Source of the DNA: the human T2T-CHM13v2.0 reference genome, Homo sapiens
Direction: 5' to 3' (one strand)
Length of the DNA: 64,000 bases
NCBI RefSeq assembly: GCF_009914755.1
Contig: NC_060929.1
Made by a program: the position numbers and the translations under genes. Positions 32,924 to 47,087 of this stretch are shown in pieces (within the stretch, counting starts at the first letter, position 1; every line of letters begins with the position of its first letter). Below the pieces are notes generated by a model that was not told the DNA's origin, made no database searches, and saw only the letters and a list, made by a program, of their open reading frames with translations.

Positions 32924-33938
32924 TGTATCCATTCTTGCATTACTATAAAGAAATACCTGAGACTGGGTAATTTATAAGAAAAGAGGTTTAATTGGCTTAT
33001 GGTTCTGTAGTCTGTACAGAAAGCATGGTGGCCTCTGCTTCTGGGGAGGATTGAGGGAACTTTTACTCACAGCAGTAGGCAAAGCAGGAGCAGGCGTCTC
33101 ATATGATGGGAACAGGAGCCACAGAGCGAGGGGGGAGGTGCTACACACTTTTAAATGACCACATCACAAGAGAACTCACTATCACGAGGACAGAATTACA
33201 GGGATGGTAAGACAGGAATAATACAGGGATACAGGGTGGTGGCAGAATAGAAAATTTAGTTTACTTTTGCTAGTCATGTGAAACTCCAGGCATTAGTCCA
33301 CATGACTAGCAAAAGGAAACTGTTGAAATCACTGCAGAAGCTAAGGCCTGATCAGTTCCTGAAAAACCAGTGTGTGTGAAAAACCAGGCTGGCTAAGACT
33401 GACTGGACACAACATGGTGCTGGATTTGACCTAGGTTTCTCCGAGGACCTCATTATATGCTTATGAACATCTTAAATCACACATCCCATCAATGCCATAA
33501 CAGCTCTGAGAACACTCAAATTTGTTATAAAAATGAGTGGCACCACAGTTCTGAGAAATCTCTACCTTTTTCCAGGAATTTCCATGAATATTTCACCCCT
33601 TGGATCCATAAAGATAGAAACCCCAAATCCCATTGCCCGACTCTATCTTCAGTACATCTGCACTCCCTTGAGTGTACACTTTTCTCTTGCAATAAATCTC
33701 TGTACTTTCACTATTTTCTGACTCATCCTTGAATTCATTCTCATAACAGTGTCAAGAGCCTGGACACCAGCTGGGGTTGAGTGAAGTCTCATGGGTGTTT
33801 GAGGACCTCCTCCAGCCCACTGATAGCAATGGTACTAAACCACTCATTAGAATCCCCCAACCTCCCGCCAGGCCCCACCTCTAATACTGGGGATTAAAAT
33901 CCAACATGAGATTTGGGCAGGACATCCAAGCCATATCA
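32924..33938 (-). mobile_element. MST (MSTA/B-like) solo LTR, split by a MER41-like LTR
   Basis: CTATAAAGAAATACCTGAGACTGGGTAATTTATAAG...CCAAGCCATATCA. TSD ACTCC/AATCC. Confidence 0.88.
33208..33828 (+). mobile_element. ERV1 solo LTR (MER41E-like)
   Basis: T(A)AGACAGGAATAATACAGGG...CACATGACTAGCAAAAGGAAACTGTTGAAAT...AATAAA...CA. Exact 4-bp TSD ATGG. Confidence 0.8.
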
Positions 33939-34131
33939 AATCCATTGATAATCTGATCTCTATAAGTGTTTACTCTTACTCATGGACCACAGAGACATTA
34001 TGGGTCTCCTGGAATTAGTGTCAGTTTCCAGTGGTCCCAAATATCTGTTATTTTCTTTCCCCCAATGTACAGTTACCTTGGTAAAAGGTTATAGGTCTCT
34101 TTGAGGAAAACTGAAAGAAGAATTAATAGTA

Positions 34132-34312
34132 CAGGTGCTTCTTAGCTTATGATGGGGCTGTGTACCAACAAACCCATTGTAAGTTGAAAGCACCATGAAT
34201 GAAAAGGACATTTTTAACTTACGATATTTCAATTTATGATGTGTATTGTTTTGCTTCATATCATAATGTCAAAAAATTGTAAGTTGAACCATCCTAAGTC
34301 AGGGACTGTCTG
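34132..34312. mobile_element. Tigger-type MITE (MER47/Tigger5-like)
   Basis: TA|CAGGTGCT...ACTGTCTG|TA, with a TA target duplication. Confidence 0.75.
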
Positions 34313-35039
34313 TATACATTTTCTGTAGTGTATTGGGGTCCTCACTCAAGGGGAACTGGCCTCCCTTCATTTAAGGGATTCAGGATCTGTAAACTGACTC
34401 AAGTCTGGGAATTGATTGAGGGCCCATAACTCTGTTCTTATGATTTGGCTTAGAGTTTTATTCATTTGACTTAGATCTTTTCTGTTTACACAGATCAGGT
34501 AAGAATTAAGTAGGCTTCCTATCTATAACTTCTTGAAAAACATAATCAACTAACCAACAACATAGGTATGCTCCAGTCAGACTGTTCCGATTGGAGACTA
34601 TGCTTTGGTTCTCCTGTTCATCATGGTAACCATGGCCATCTTGCCTTTGAGGTTGAGTACTGCTCCTTGGCCTCTACTGTTATAGAATTCAATTACTACC
34701 ATTGCAGTTAGGTTTCCCAGTTTAGTGACTACAGTTCCCACTGTGTGGTCTGGCCTACAGAGAAGAGCAATCACAGTACTCATCAAGGATGCCAGGGCAA
34801 ATTTATTTCTATAATGTTGGTGAAAGATATGTCTTCTGGACCCAGTATGGGTGAGTAGATCTTAAATGACAAAAACACTCTTACATTCCAGTTCCCCTAA
34901 GCCTTTTTATTCCTTCCTCTACATTAAACCAAGGCATGCCTGGCATTTTCGCTTCACTCACTGTGGGCTACCTTTTGGTCCATGTTTCAGTCAACCAACC
35001 AAATAAATTATTAGTGCCTTTTAAAACTCCTACTTCAAT

Positions 35040-35800
35040 AGAGCCTGCATTTTGCAGTTCTTTCAGCTATAATCCACTGTTATTATACTGAAGCCCTGTT
35101 TGTGTGGCTGTCAAGTGTGAAGAAAAGAAAGGGTTCTACAATATTATGATTAAATATAACTTTTTTAGTACATCTCTATCCCTGGGCTGTGACCCTCACA
35201 AATATTTCATAGCTTTTGTCCCACCTTAGGTGAAATAGCAAGGTTGGAGGGGGCTGTAGTATGGGAAATTTTCTCCCCAGGTAGGGTGAGTCTCTGTTAA
35301 AGGCTTTTAAATTCTTTCCCCCTGGAGAGTAGGCCTTCTTTGTTATAAAGAACATTCTGAGGATATTTCACAAAGGTTACTTGTCTCCTCCTGCTGCCAG
35401 AACCATGAGACTTTTCTTGATTTTTCACTGTGAGAACCGGGTGGGAGTCTAAAATTAAAACCTATGACTGTGGGAGATTTCCTGAAACTGTGGCCTTCAG
35501 GAGCTTCTCACTCTCACGCTAGTCCACATTCAGCCTCCAGCAGTATGTCAAAATGACCATTTAAATATTTCTACCAGTTTATGGCTCTAGTGGCTTCTGT
35601 CCCAGTTAAGCCATAGATTGTGACTCTGGATTTTTCTGCCTCTCCAGATCTCAGGGTGGCAGTTTCTGCAACCTCAGTTCTCTAGGACTTCTAAGACAAG
35701 TTATTGATTTTCAGTTTGCTCAGCTTTTCCCTTGTTGTAAGGATGAAGGTGACAGCTTTTAAGCTCTTTACACACTGGAGCTAAAAGCACAAATCTTCTC
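35040..35800 (-). mobile_element. Ancient L1M 5'-end fragment
   Basis: Resembles L1MC/MD 5' regions (GTTATTGATTTTCAGTTTGCTCAGCTTTT...AAGCTCTTTACA). Recognised from memory only. Confidence 0.55.
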
Positions 35801-35819
35801 ACCAAAAGCATACCAAAGG

Positions 35820-36520
35820 TAAAATTCTAAAAGATGGATAATATAAAATAAAGATATAGAGAGGCGAGAATTCTTATACAGTGAGTCCTCACTTAACATC
35901 GTTGAGAAGATCTTGGAAACAGCAACTGTAAGCAAAATGATGTAATGAAAAACATTTTTTTCTCATCAATGTTACAACAAAATGATGTTGAATGAAATGA
36001 CATTATTCAAGGACCTGCTGAACAATGTTTTGCTTAAAGTTGTAGTTTCCAAGAACCTATCAACAACATTAAGTATTTACTGTACAGTGCTATAGAGAGT
36101 ATAAACAGGTACAGTAATTTTATAGACACCTGTCAGTCTTATTTATCTATTTAGGCTCTTTGAATCAGCAATTCCACTCATGGGTATATAACTGTACAAA
36201 AAGGATATTTATGAGAATGTTTATTTTGATGTGGTTTATAGCAGCTGAAAGTTATCAACATAGGTACCCATCACTGGAGAAATGGATAAGTAAAATATGG
36301 TGGAGGCAAACAATAGAATACTGTACAATAGTTAGAATCACCATGGATTGGATATTAAAAAAACTGCTAAAAAAGTTTGAAAGAGAATTGTATCTATACA
36401 AACAATACTAAATAAAAGCATATATGAATATTTAAGGACACATTTCAAATATATTAGAGTTGAGTTCCATGAATGGAACAAAAATGGGGATGGAGCACAA
36501 GGGGAAAAATAAAACAAACA
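35820..36520 (+). mobile_element. Old L1ME-type 3' fragment
   Basis: CTTTGAATCAGCAATTCCACT and GAAATGGATAAGTAAAATATGG motifs. Confidence 0.55.
35879..36082. mobile_element. MER6B-like palindromic Tigger MITE inside an L1ME fragment
   Basis: TA|CAGTGAGTCCTCACTTAAC...TCTTGGAAAC and inverted GTTTCCAAGA...TTAAGT.TTTACTG|TA. Confidence 0.8.
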
Positions 36521-37297
36521 GGAGAATAGCTTTGCATGGCTGATAGGATAATATCCTATGAACCCAAGAGGATGATTAACTCAGCTCTTTGCAACAAAGT
36601 TCCAAAACACCAACCAGCCAACCAACCAATCAACCACCAAAAAAACAAAAGTAAATAAGCATAAAATGTATGAAAGCAAAGTCTAAAATAAATTTGGTGG
36701 TATGAAGGTGGGCTCTCTATATTTCTAGAAATCAGAAAAGCATAACATTAATATACTTATGGAGCTTGAATTTGCCTATATATTAGCCAAGAATTTGTAT
36801 GGCTTGTTTTGCACTGTATGATATAGTTGGCAGCTTTAAAACTGTTTAAAAGTGACAAAGAAAACAACTCTTTCTGGGATTGGATTTTACTTAGTCATTT
36901 TTTACATTTATTTAGCATATATATAATAGGGATAAGCTGGACAGTCCTAAATTGGTTCAATTACCGCCACTTTGGCCAAGGGTAATATTTCCCATCATGT
37001 CACCATTATGTTTCATGGTGGGCAAGCCTATCATCCTCCATATGAAGTGTTTACATGTATCCTGTTGGACTGCAGTTATTCAAAGGAGAGCACCACTACA
37101 TAAATTAGACAAGGTAATAGAATTAGAACTCTCTGAATCTAGGTCTTTGACCCCAACACCCATAATTTTTCCTTTTGTCCTGCTGCCTCTGTTTAGTTAT
37201 TTTAAAATATTAATTTTTCTCTGATTATAAAAGTAGAATGTGTTAAAAAACATAAATATGAAAACAGAAATCACCAACATTCCCACATTCTTTAGGC

Positions 37298-37892
<595 letters not shown>

Positions 37893-38029
37893 CGATATAT
37901 AGGATATATGCTGAACCTTTTTCCTATGCATTTACATAAATCAAAATTTGTGACTAAATCATCCTTACTGTATTATAGCCTGTTTTTTCATTTAACATAC
38001 TGTAAAGAACATTCTCTAATGCTGTTCAA

Positions 38030-38172
38030 TTTTTTTTTTTTTTTTTTTTTGAGACAGGGTCTCACTGTTGCCCAGGCTGGAGTGCTGTGGCATGATCATA
38101 GCTTACTGTAGCCTCAAACTCCTGGCCTCAAGTGATCCTCCCATCTTAGCCTCCCAAAGCACTAAGATTTAC
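38030..38172 (-). mobile_element. AluJ/FLAM monomer fragment
   Basis: Poly(T)-GAGACAGGGTCTC...GATCATAGCT...CCTCCCAAAG. Confidence 0.8.
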
Positions 38173-38799
38173 ATATTTTATGGCATCATTTTGAAGTACT
38201 AACTCATGTTCTATCCTATTGGATGTGGCATATTTGTTTAACAAATTTCTTATATTGGGACGTCAAGGTTATTTCCAGTAGTAACCCCACAATAAATACT
38301 ATTGTATGTAATTCTTTCTCTGTATCTCAGTTCACTTATTAGGAAAAATCCCTAGAAGTGGAACTACCATAAAAGTTTTAAACATGTTTAAGGCTTTTGT
38401 TAATTTTTCTAAATTGCTCTACAGAAAAGCTGTGCCATTTTATACTCCCAAAACCAGTGTTTAAGAGTGAAGGGCAAGTGTTTGCCATGTATTATCCTTG
38501 TTGGCTTTGATTTCTATTTGACTGCCTTTATCAATATTCCTATTTATCTGGGACACTTGGAATTGAAATTGTTCTTTTAAGGTAGGAATATAGGAAGAAG
38601 GACAATATTTCCAAAACAAAGTCCTAGTGACAAGAGGAATTTAAAAAAATAGTGTGTTCGTGTGTGTGTGGTTTTAACCCAATTAAACCTACACATGTTG
38701 GCCAACTTATAATAAACTCAACTTGTTTGGGGGTTCTTAATTATTTTGTTGTGAGTAGATATTATGAGCAAAAACTGTTTTTAAATATATATTTTGTGG

Positions 38800-39162
<363 letters not shown>

Positions 39163-40639
39163 TTAAGGGGAAGTTGAAGATGACACATGAGGGAAATGTT
39201 TATTTCTTCAAATTCAGCCACTGGCTGAATATCTAGCATATAGAGCAAGGTTGTCATATTTGTTGCTTACCTAATGTGTAGGTTCTTCATTGTCTTGTGA
39301 CATTTTTCTTTTAGGGATTAATTCTGTACACCTAGCTATGATTTTTCTCAATGTGCTTCTATCTCAAATATAAGCTTATAATCAAAATTCAGGAGAGAAT
39401 AATATGTGCCTTGTCTCCTTAGCTGTTAGCATAGGAAAAACTAATTGAGATTATTCATAGAATAAGATTAATGTTCTTGTGGTAAAAAGCAAGCAGAGGG
39501 ATGGTAAAATCTAATTAGCGAGTAGGGAAGCTTTCCATATGCTATTAGAAGAGAATTCGTATTGCTGGTGATACTGCAAGACTCTTAAAATGTTAGAACC
39601 TCTTATTTTCTCCTTTTGCCTATGGTAGTTAACTAATTATTTCTCCAGTCCAATCTTATGACATAAGCACGTTTTTGGTATGATAAACACTAAAAATAGC
39701 TGGCTGCAGAAGCCAGTAATGTTAGTAAATTTACAAATGCACCAATTCTTACAACCAATGCCCTTGAATTTTTTTTTTAGTATATACTTAGTAGGGATGA
39801 ATGAAAACAGTATTTTTAAGAAAACAATATTTTTAAGTAAAATGCCCCCAAAATTTATACTTCTTGTGATGAATTGTTTTCATAGGAAAATAAGTATGAT
39901 AGTTTAAATCATTTTAAAAGGTAGCACATATAACAGAGCTAACCATTTCTATATTAATTAATAAATATAGAGCAAAGCCCCAAGGAACATTAGCAATTAA
40001 GTGCATGAATAAGGACTAGGAAGATGTAGAATCTTTTACTTTTTGATGAAAAATGATATTCTGGCAATAAATACATTTTATGCCAATTGATTTATTTCAT
40101 CATATATCATTAAGATTTTTAGAGGAGATATATAACTTTAGTGATTCTATCAAAACAGTCTAATATAGGGATTTTAAAGTGGAGATATAAATATTTTTTG
40201 TTACATTAACAAATACAGTCTGGGCAAATTTTTGGTCTTCTAATGACTAGATGTTGCTTTCTAGAAATCGATCTTTCTCAGATTATTTTTCTGATCCACC
40301 CCAAACATTAGTGACTGGTCAATTAAACCAATACTTATTAAGTACCAAACATTAATTCATTCATGCGTTTATCAAAAAAATCATGTGCCAAACATCTACC
40401 ATGTACACAATACTCTTTTAATTTCAGTAAGGAATACAATTAGACATAAATTATTTTGTGTCTTAGGGGAATTTACAATCTCCTAGAGAAAGAAGAAGAC
40501 ATTAGATCAATTGAAGAAAGTTAGGCTAAGTTAAGAGATTGGTGAGAGACCTAATGAATAGCCTGAATGGGAAAGAGGGAGAAACACTATGAGTTGGGCT
40601 ACTCAAGAAAAACATCAAATTGAGAATGGAGGCATGGAA

Positions 40640-40835
40640 TTCATGAGCAGCTTTGCACAACTTCCATAGTATCTATGAATACGTTGGTTCTAGAAATCCT
40701 CTACTCTAACCTAATTTTACTGATGAAGAAATTGAGGCCCAAAGAACATAAGAAATTTGGCTTAGATTGCAGTCAGATAGGGTCTGCAGTGGGGCTGGAA
40801 TTCAGTTTCCCAGACTATTGGTCCAAGGTGCTTTC
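40640..40835 (-). mobile_element. MIR
   Basis: ATTTTACTGATGAAGAAATTGAGGCCCAAAGA core. Confidence 0.6.
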
Positions 40836-43546
40836 TGTTTGAGGAATTTAAGAGATGAACTCACGGACCAGCACAGACCTTTGTTGCTAACCTCTCTTTT
40901 ATTGCTAAAATTTCTCTCAGATTTTCCAAATTTTAGGTTTGAAGTTATAGTTCTGTTTTGCTGTTCAAAACTGATTTACTGTTTACTAAGAAAAGGCATG
41001 ACCATTTATGTGCCATTTTGCTGTACTGTGAAAGTAATTTTCATGGTAAGTAGGATGAATTTGCAATTTAAAATAAGGCTATGTAAAAGAAAATGTTTCA
41101 ATTTTGTCATCCCTTCACCCTTGTCCTTGACCTGTCATGATCGTAGTGACCTCCATTTTTTTCCTCCTCCACGAAGAGATCTTTCAACAGCTCTCATACA
41201 TGCCTGCATTTTCTTGACAAAAACTACCATGAAAGCAGTGTTTGAAAAGTTCAGTACGGCCTCCAATCTCAGGCTTTATCTTTGAAATTTTGCACACTGA
41301 GTTAAAATATTGCTACATTTGTGGCCTGGGATTGTCCCTGCTAATTCCATATGAAGTAAGAGTGCCAAAGAACTCTTAGAACTCCCCCTGTGAATTTGCT
41401 TCATGAGCGGTTCTGGACTTGGCGGTTTAATCTCTCCATCAGGATCAACGTGATCCTGCGTTAAAGCCAAGGTCAAATGGGATAAGCAGTTGAACTTTCT
41501 CCTTTGTTTTGCGTGGCTCGTTGAAACATGTAACCTTTATAGGCTTGGTTTCTGCTTTGTAGGGGAATCTGAAGTCCAAGCAGATGTTTCTTTCCTTCTT
41601 TTGAAAACCCCTTTTCATTTTACTAGGCATGATGTCAAAGAAGCAATTGGGGGTAGATTAGGTAGGAGGTGGAAGGTCAGTGTTTTCTTTGCTAATATTG
41701 CAAAATAAAAAGATTTTGTGTTTGTTTATTTTTATTTTTTGCCAGTTGGGCCACTGAGAGTGAGTTGTTGATTCTAAAGACATAGATTTCCTTCTTGTGT
41801 CAGCAATGGCTGTGGAGTCAAGGTATGTGCAGCCAAGCCTGGGCAGCAGCCATCCGATCCCTTTCAGTTGGTAGAAAATAAAACCCTTAAGCAACCAACT
41901 GCCACATTTTAAGGTTTTTTCCTCTAATGCAGTCAACGTAAATGACTCCCTTCTTCCACAAAATAATTTTTTTTTTACAATAACCTATGAATAAAACAGT
42001 AGTTGAGCAGCTGTTCCTCTTCTAATGTAATTCCGTTTTCTTAAATGAACCACCATGTATGCAGTATCTTTAACTACAAGTGACATTTTTGGCCAACTTT
42101 ACAGCTCTGTCATTTCATGTGGCTCACTAACAAGACCCTTAAAATAACTGTTCTTTAGTAACCTCAAGTGTTTGGCCTTCTGCTTCAGAACAGCATGTGG
42201 GACAACTATCAAACTGGCTGTGGTGTCTGAAGGCAGAATACTATACGTCCAATTCTGTCTTTCTCTGCCTGGAGGCCGTAGTCTAAAACCTCCAATTCAT
42301 ATTTTCTGAGAGTATCTGGAAAATACTGCTAAGTCTTTGACTAAGCAAATGGTATGACATAGGTAATTAGACAGAAGAGGGATTTTCAATCCTCAATGCA
42401 TATTAGAATTACATGGTGAGCGTTTAAGAAATACTGTTGTCTAGACTTCAAGTCCCCTTCTGACTGAATTGAGGTGAGAGAAGAGTGATGTTGAGGTAGT
42501 GAGGTGGGAGAAGAGTAATGTCGATTCTTTTTAAAAGATCCCAGATGACTGTAATGGGCCAAGACTGAGAACCATAGCAGCTAGAGGATGTAGACGCTAC
42601 TACCTATATTAGGGCATTTTGATTGGCAAAAATAGATTCTCCTTCCAGAGAACAAAAACAAAAACAAAAAGTCATTTCTTTTTCACTATATTTTCAACCC
42701 CATATTTGACAATTTGAAAAGTTTTGATGAAATTAAAATCAAACCTGTGTTTTATTCTTCACAAACAAAAAATGTATAGTGACATAGTAACTATTTCTAT
42801 TAAGAGAGTTTGCTCTTTGGGTCTGGACTGCAAGTTATAATGAATTTACAGAAAATGTTTGTAAATATGAGCCAATAAGTTCTACTTTTTGCCTAAGCTA
42901 ATTTGAGTTTCTTCTGCCATTTGCAATTAAAAGATTTCTGTCAAAATATGCAATACACCATTTTTTTTTTTAAGACACGGAGGAAATGAGATTGGTGATT
43001 GGAAACAAGTGAAGCCTTCATATGAGTGATACTACATAAGCTGGAAGAATTTAGATTCACTTAAGAGAGAGAAAAGAGAACACTGAGTGATAAGTAATTC
43101 ACTAATTTAACTGGATCTTCATGCAGATGGTGAAGTAAGTTTTTTAATTTGCAAAAAAAACAAAAAACAAAAAACAAAAAATATAGTGGTAGCACAGTGG
43201 TAGGTACTAAAGATACAGCAATTATTACAATGTTATTATTTCTTAACCAGGCCTTCAGAGGTTTCTGACACTGCATCTTTCTCTTTTTTGAGAATTTTAC
43301 ACTTTTTAAGTGTTTTTGATTTGAGCATTTGAATGTCTTCTGCTATCATCTGAAATTATGCATTTTAGTGGGACTATGAGCTCCTTGAAGGTGGTTTAAT
43401 GTCTTTTGATCTTGTTCTTTGCAATGTGTGACACAGTGCTTGGCCCATAGTGGGCACTTAATAAATACTTCTCAAATGACTTTTTAAACCAAGAAAAAGG
43501 ATAATTAAATAGCTGCTTGATATAAGATGGAGAAATAGCTCATCTT

Positions 43547-43653
43547 ATATTAGTTGACTATTAGTTGGATGTATATTAGTTGGATATTAATTGGATATTA
43601 GTTGACTATTAGTTGGATGTATATTAGTTGGATATTAATTGGATATTAGTTGA
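43547..43653. repeat. Tandem repeat: 2.2 perfect copies of a 48-bp unit built from TATTAGTTGG-like subunits
   Basis: ATATTAGTTGACTATTAGTTGGATGTATATTAGTTGGATATTAATTGG at 43547 and 43595, with a partial copy at 43643. Confidence 0.95.
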
Positions 43654-43829
43654 ATTCAGCCTTCACAAGACTGAAGACAATTTATTTAAAAAACTTTTCA
43701 GAAACCTAATGGTAGATCTAAATGCAGAGATGAGAAGATCTAGCATGAGATAATTAAGTGAACAAGTTTCTGAAGATCTTTAAGAGGTTCTGACAATTTC
43801 TCACTTAGTTTTAAGTGCAGACTTTATGC

Positions 43830-44050
43830 CAGTGTAGTATGATGCCAAAAATATGGGCTCTGGACTCAGATATACTCACCCTCAAATCCTACCTCTGCTA
43901 CTCACTAGCAAGATGACCTTAAACAAATTACTTTAGTTTTTGTCAGATTCCATTTTATCATGCATAAATCATATTGACCTTATAGGACTATGAAGCAATT
44001 TTGAGTTGCTCATGTGCAGTATGTATAATTGGTGGCTAATATTGTTATTT
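43830..44050 (+). mobile_element. MIR
   Basis: GGGCTCTGGACTCAGA...CAAATCCTACCTCTGCTACTCACTAGC...TGACCTT. Confidence 0.6.
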
Positions 44051-44501
44051 GGCCATTATCGTAGATTTCTGGAAAAGACAAGTCTGTGAAGGATGGTCTA
44101 AGTAAGTGGCTCTTTTGTGCATTTTCTGGGCACGCACTGGGGACCTCCCCTCTCTGAGTCATTATAAATCAAAAAAAGTCTATAAAGATATAATGCAAAG
44201 CTGTTATTGTAATTCAGCTCCCCACCTTTGTGTAGAGATAGCACGGTGTAGAGGAAAGAGTGTGGAGATTGGTATCTGATGCCCTAGGTTTGAGTCCCAG
44301 CTTTGACACTTACTATTTCCTTACCTGCCAAATATGGGCTCTAATTCCCTATGGTCCACCTTTCAAGGTTGCTATGGGCAATAATTACAGAGCCAATGAG
44401 AAAGTAATTTTTCCATTGCAGAAAGCTGCTCAATGTAATTATATAAAAAAAGAGAGGACATTCCCATTTTTCTAACTTAGAAAAATCTGGAAATAGAAGG
44501 G

Positions 44502-44900
44502 TATGTTCACTTGTTTGCATTGCTATAAAGGAATACCTGAGTCTCAGTAATTTGTAAAGAAAAGAGATTTATTTGTCTCACAGTTCTGCAGACTGTACAA
44601 GAAGTGTGATGCCAGCATTTGCTTCTGATGAGGGCCTCAAGAAGCTTAAATTCATGGTGGAAGGCAAAGGGGAGCCAGTGTGTCACATGGAGAGACAGGG
44701 GGCAAGAGAGAGAGGTGGAGGTGCCAGCCTCTTTTAAACAACCAGATCTCTCATGAACTTATTACTGCAGGGAGATAACCACGACTTTCATGAGAGATCC
44801 GCCACCATGACCCAAGCACCTCCCACCAGGCCCCACCTCTAACACTGGGGATTACATTTCAACATGAGATTTGGAGGAGACAAACATCCAAACTATATCA
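44502..44900 (-). mobile_element. MSTB-like solo LTR
   Basis: TTGCATTGCTATAAAGGAATACCTGAG...CATCCAAACTATATCA. Exact TSD AAGGG. Confidence 0.92.
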
Positions 44901-47087
44901 AAGGGCCTGATCATTCAGATTTGATCCAGAGATGACAAGTATACCATGGAAGATGCAACAGAGAAGATGCCATTCAATTTGTTGTATCTTTTATTTGGGA
45001 TTAACATTGGGAATCAACATGAAGTTCAAAAGTATCTTTGGCTGCATATAAACAGGGATGACAAAATAGTCTATGATCTTATATGTAACAACAAAATTCT
45101 CACTTGGGCACAGTGACCCACCAAATTATTTCTTTATTTGGAGGTAATTACCTACCTTGTGGCTGACATGTTTATAAAGTAAACCCAAAGCATTTAGTTT
45201 CTGTTTGCTTTTGTTTAATTTTGTTTTCCACTGTCTTACCCTGGGTCGAAAGAAACCCTACTCATAATGGGAATGGCATGGAGCTATTTTTAAAAAACTC
45301 AGCCAGAGGAGGAGCAAGGGTCAAAGAACCACCACTGCATAAGTAAACAGTATCTACTTTTAAGATGACTTTCGTAACAATGGGACCCGCAGAAAGCCTC
45401 CCGCCTGCTGCAGGCAGGGCATCACTGCCCTTTATTCCACAGCTGCATGTGTCCATCCACCAAAGGCACCTATTGCTACATCTACTTCCTACACCAGGAG
45501 TGTTTACTTTTCTCCCAGTGTGCAGGTTTGGATATACTTTCTTTCTGGAATTAAATCAAAGTCAGTCTCTGGCCTGTGGTCTAGAGGGCAGAAAAGTTTA
45601 GTCATAGCTTGGTCCAACTCCTGAGCAATGATATTAAGCTTATGATTTCTGAAATGTTTATGTTAGCTCTAGCCATGCCGTTTACTGCAATTGTTGACAC
45701 TAACACTGTTCGGTCCAGATGAGAGAACAAGATCAGCAACTGAGATTGTTTTGCACTGTAAGTTCTACTCACAGATGTTCTCATACTAATGAAAGCCAGA
45801 GTGTATTGCTTTCTCTGATCACATGACCAGATAGCCAAGGTTGTTGCAAACATTCAGGACAGCTTTATTTTCCAAGGTTAACAGTTACTGGGGAAAAATA
45901 AGGTGAAAATAATGTGTAAGAGGTAACTTGCTTTCTTGAGCATATTTCAGAGGCCCCTCAAAACATTATATTTAAAAAAGAGTGCTCTTTTTAGTAGTGT
46001 CTGCTTTGCAATTACTTTTAAATCTCCAAGGATATAAATCGTTTGTGGTATGTAAAACCAGCATTGAATTCAAGTAGTTTTTAGTCAGCTAAAAAAGTTG
46101 CTTTATTTTCACAACTTTGGCTCTTGTAGACACGGTTTTGGAGCATACACCGCCTGGTCTTAGAAATATGCATAGAAAGAACCTTGCTTCGTTTTTCCTT
46201 TTGGCTTTCATTTGTTTAATATTATACTAATGGACAAGTTGGGCCAACTAAAGAGACAGGAAAAGAGGCAAGTTAGGAGAAGGGTGATTTTAATTAACTC
46301 TTTTTAAAGCTGCTGAAATCTGCCCCTTGGATTGGCAATGCTTTACCATTAGAACCAGACTCTGAAGAATCTTGAACTATTCTTTCACTTTAGATTTTTA
46401 AAAAAGGAATTTATTTAACAAGAAGGGAAAGATTTCTTTACAAAGTTTTCTGCTTTGCTCTTGAGTGATAGGTGTAGTTTTTGATCTTTACTTGAAGAAA
46501 ATTATGTGACATTGGTGGACCGCATAGGCCTTACTTCATGATAGCAAACAATGTTATGACGGGAAATTGATACATACAACAAAAACTATTTTCAACCCTC
46601 ATGCCATGGAAGCTGTATGCTTTGCAACAGGATGATAATGCAGCAAAGGAATTTGAACAGTAGCTTGGGGTTTGCTATAATAGGATTGGAAATGCATCTG
46701 TCTAATTAGGGATTTTGTTCTAATCTACTGAGCTTGAATCATTGAACATTTGATGTCTGAGACAGGCCTGTTTGGTTCTTTTTAGCTTGGCATTATTCAA
46801 GAATATACATAAATAGTCTTTTGTTTAGTCTATTTGATATATATAGCCACTAAATATATTGTTTTTTTCTTGTAAGACATTTTGCAGATGTGTTTTTTTG
46901 ACATAATTTTCTCTTAGCCACATAATGTAGTAAATATGTAGAAAAATATGAATTCAGGTGCCCTGCCAATGAGGTCAGAGTTTCCCAAGGTAAATGTCTT
47001 CAATTAAGAGAAATTATTAATAATGGTGATAGCTAACATTTATTGAGTACTTAGTCCTATGACTGGAAGAGTACTAGGAACTTTACA

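Noticed and set aside
35879-36082. Long hairpin as a novel ncRNA
   Set aside because: It is explained by the terminal inverted repeats of a MER6-type MITE.
40767-41285. 172-aa ORF in the unique region
   Set aside because: It starts at a non-ATG codon inside a MIR, has no recognisable domain, and its composition looks like random AT-rich sequence.
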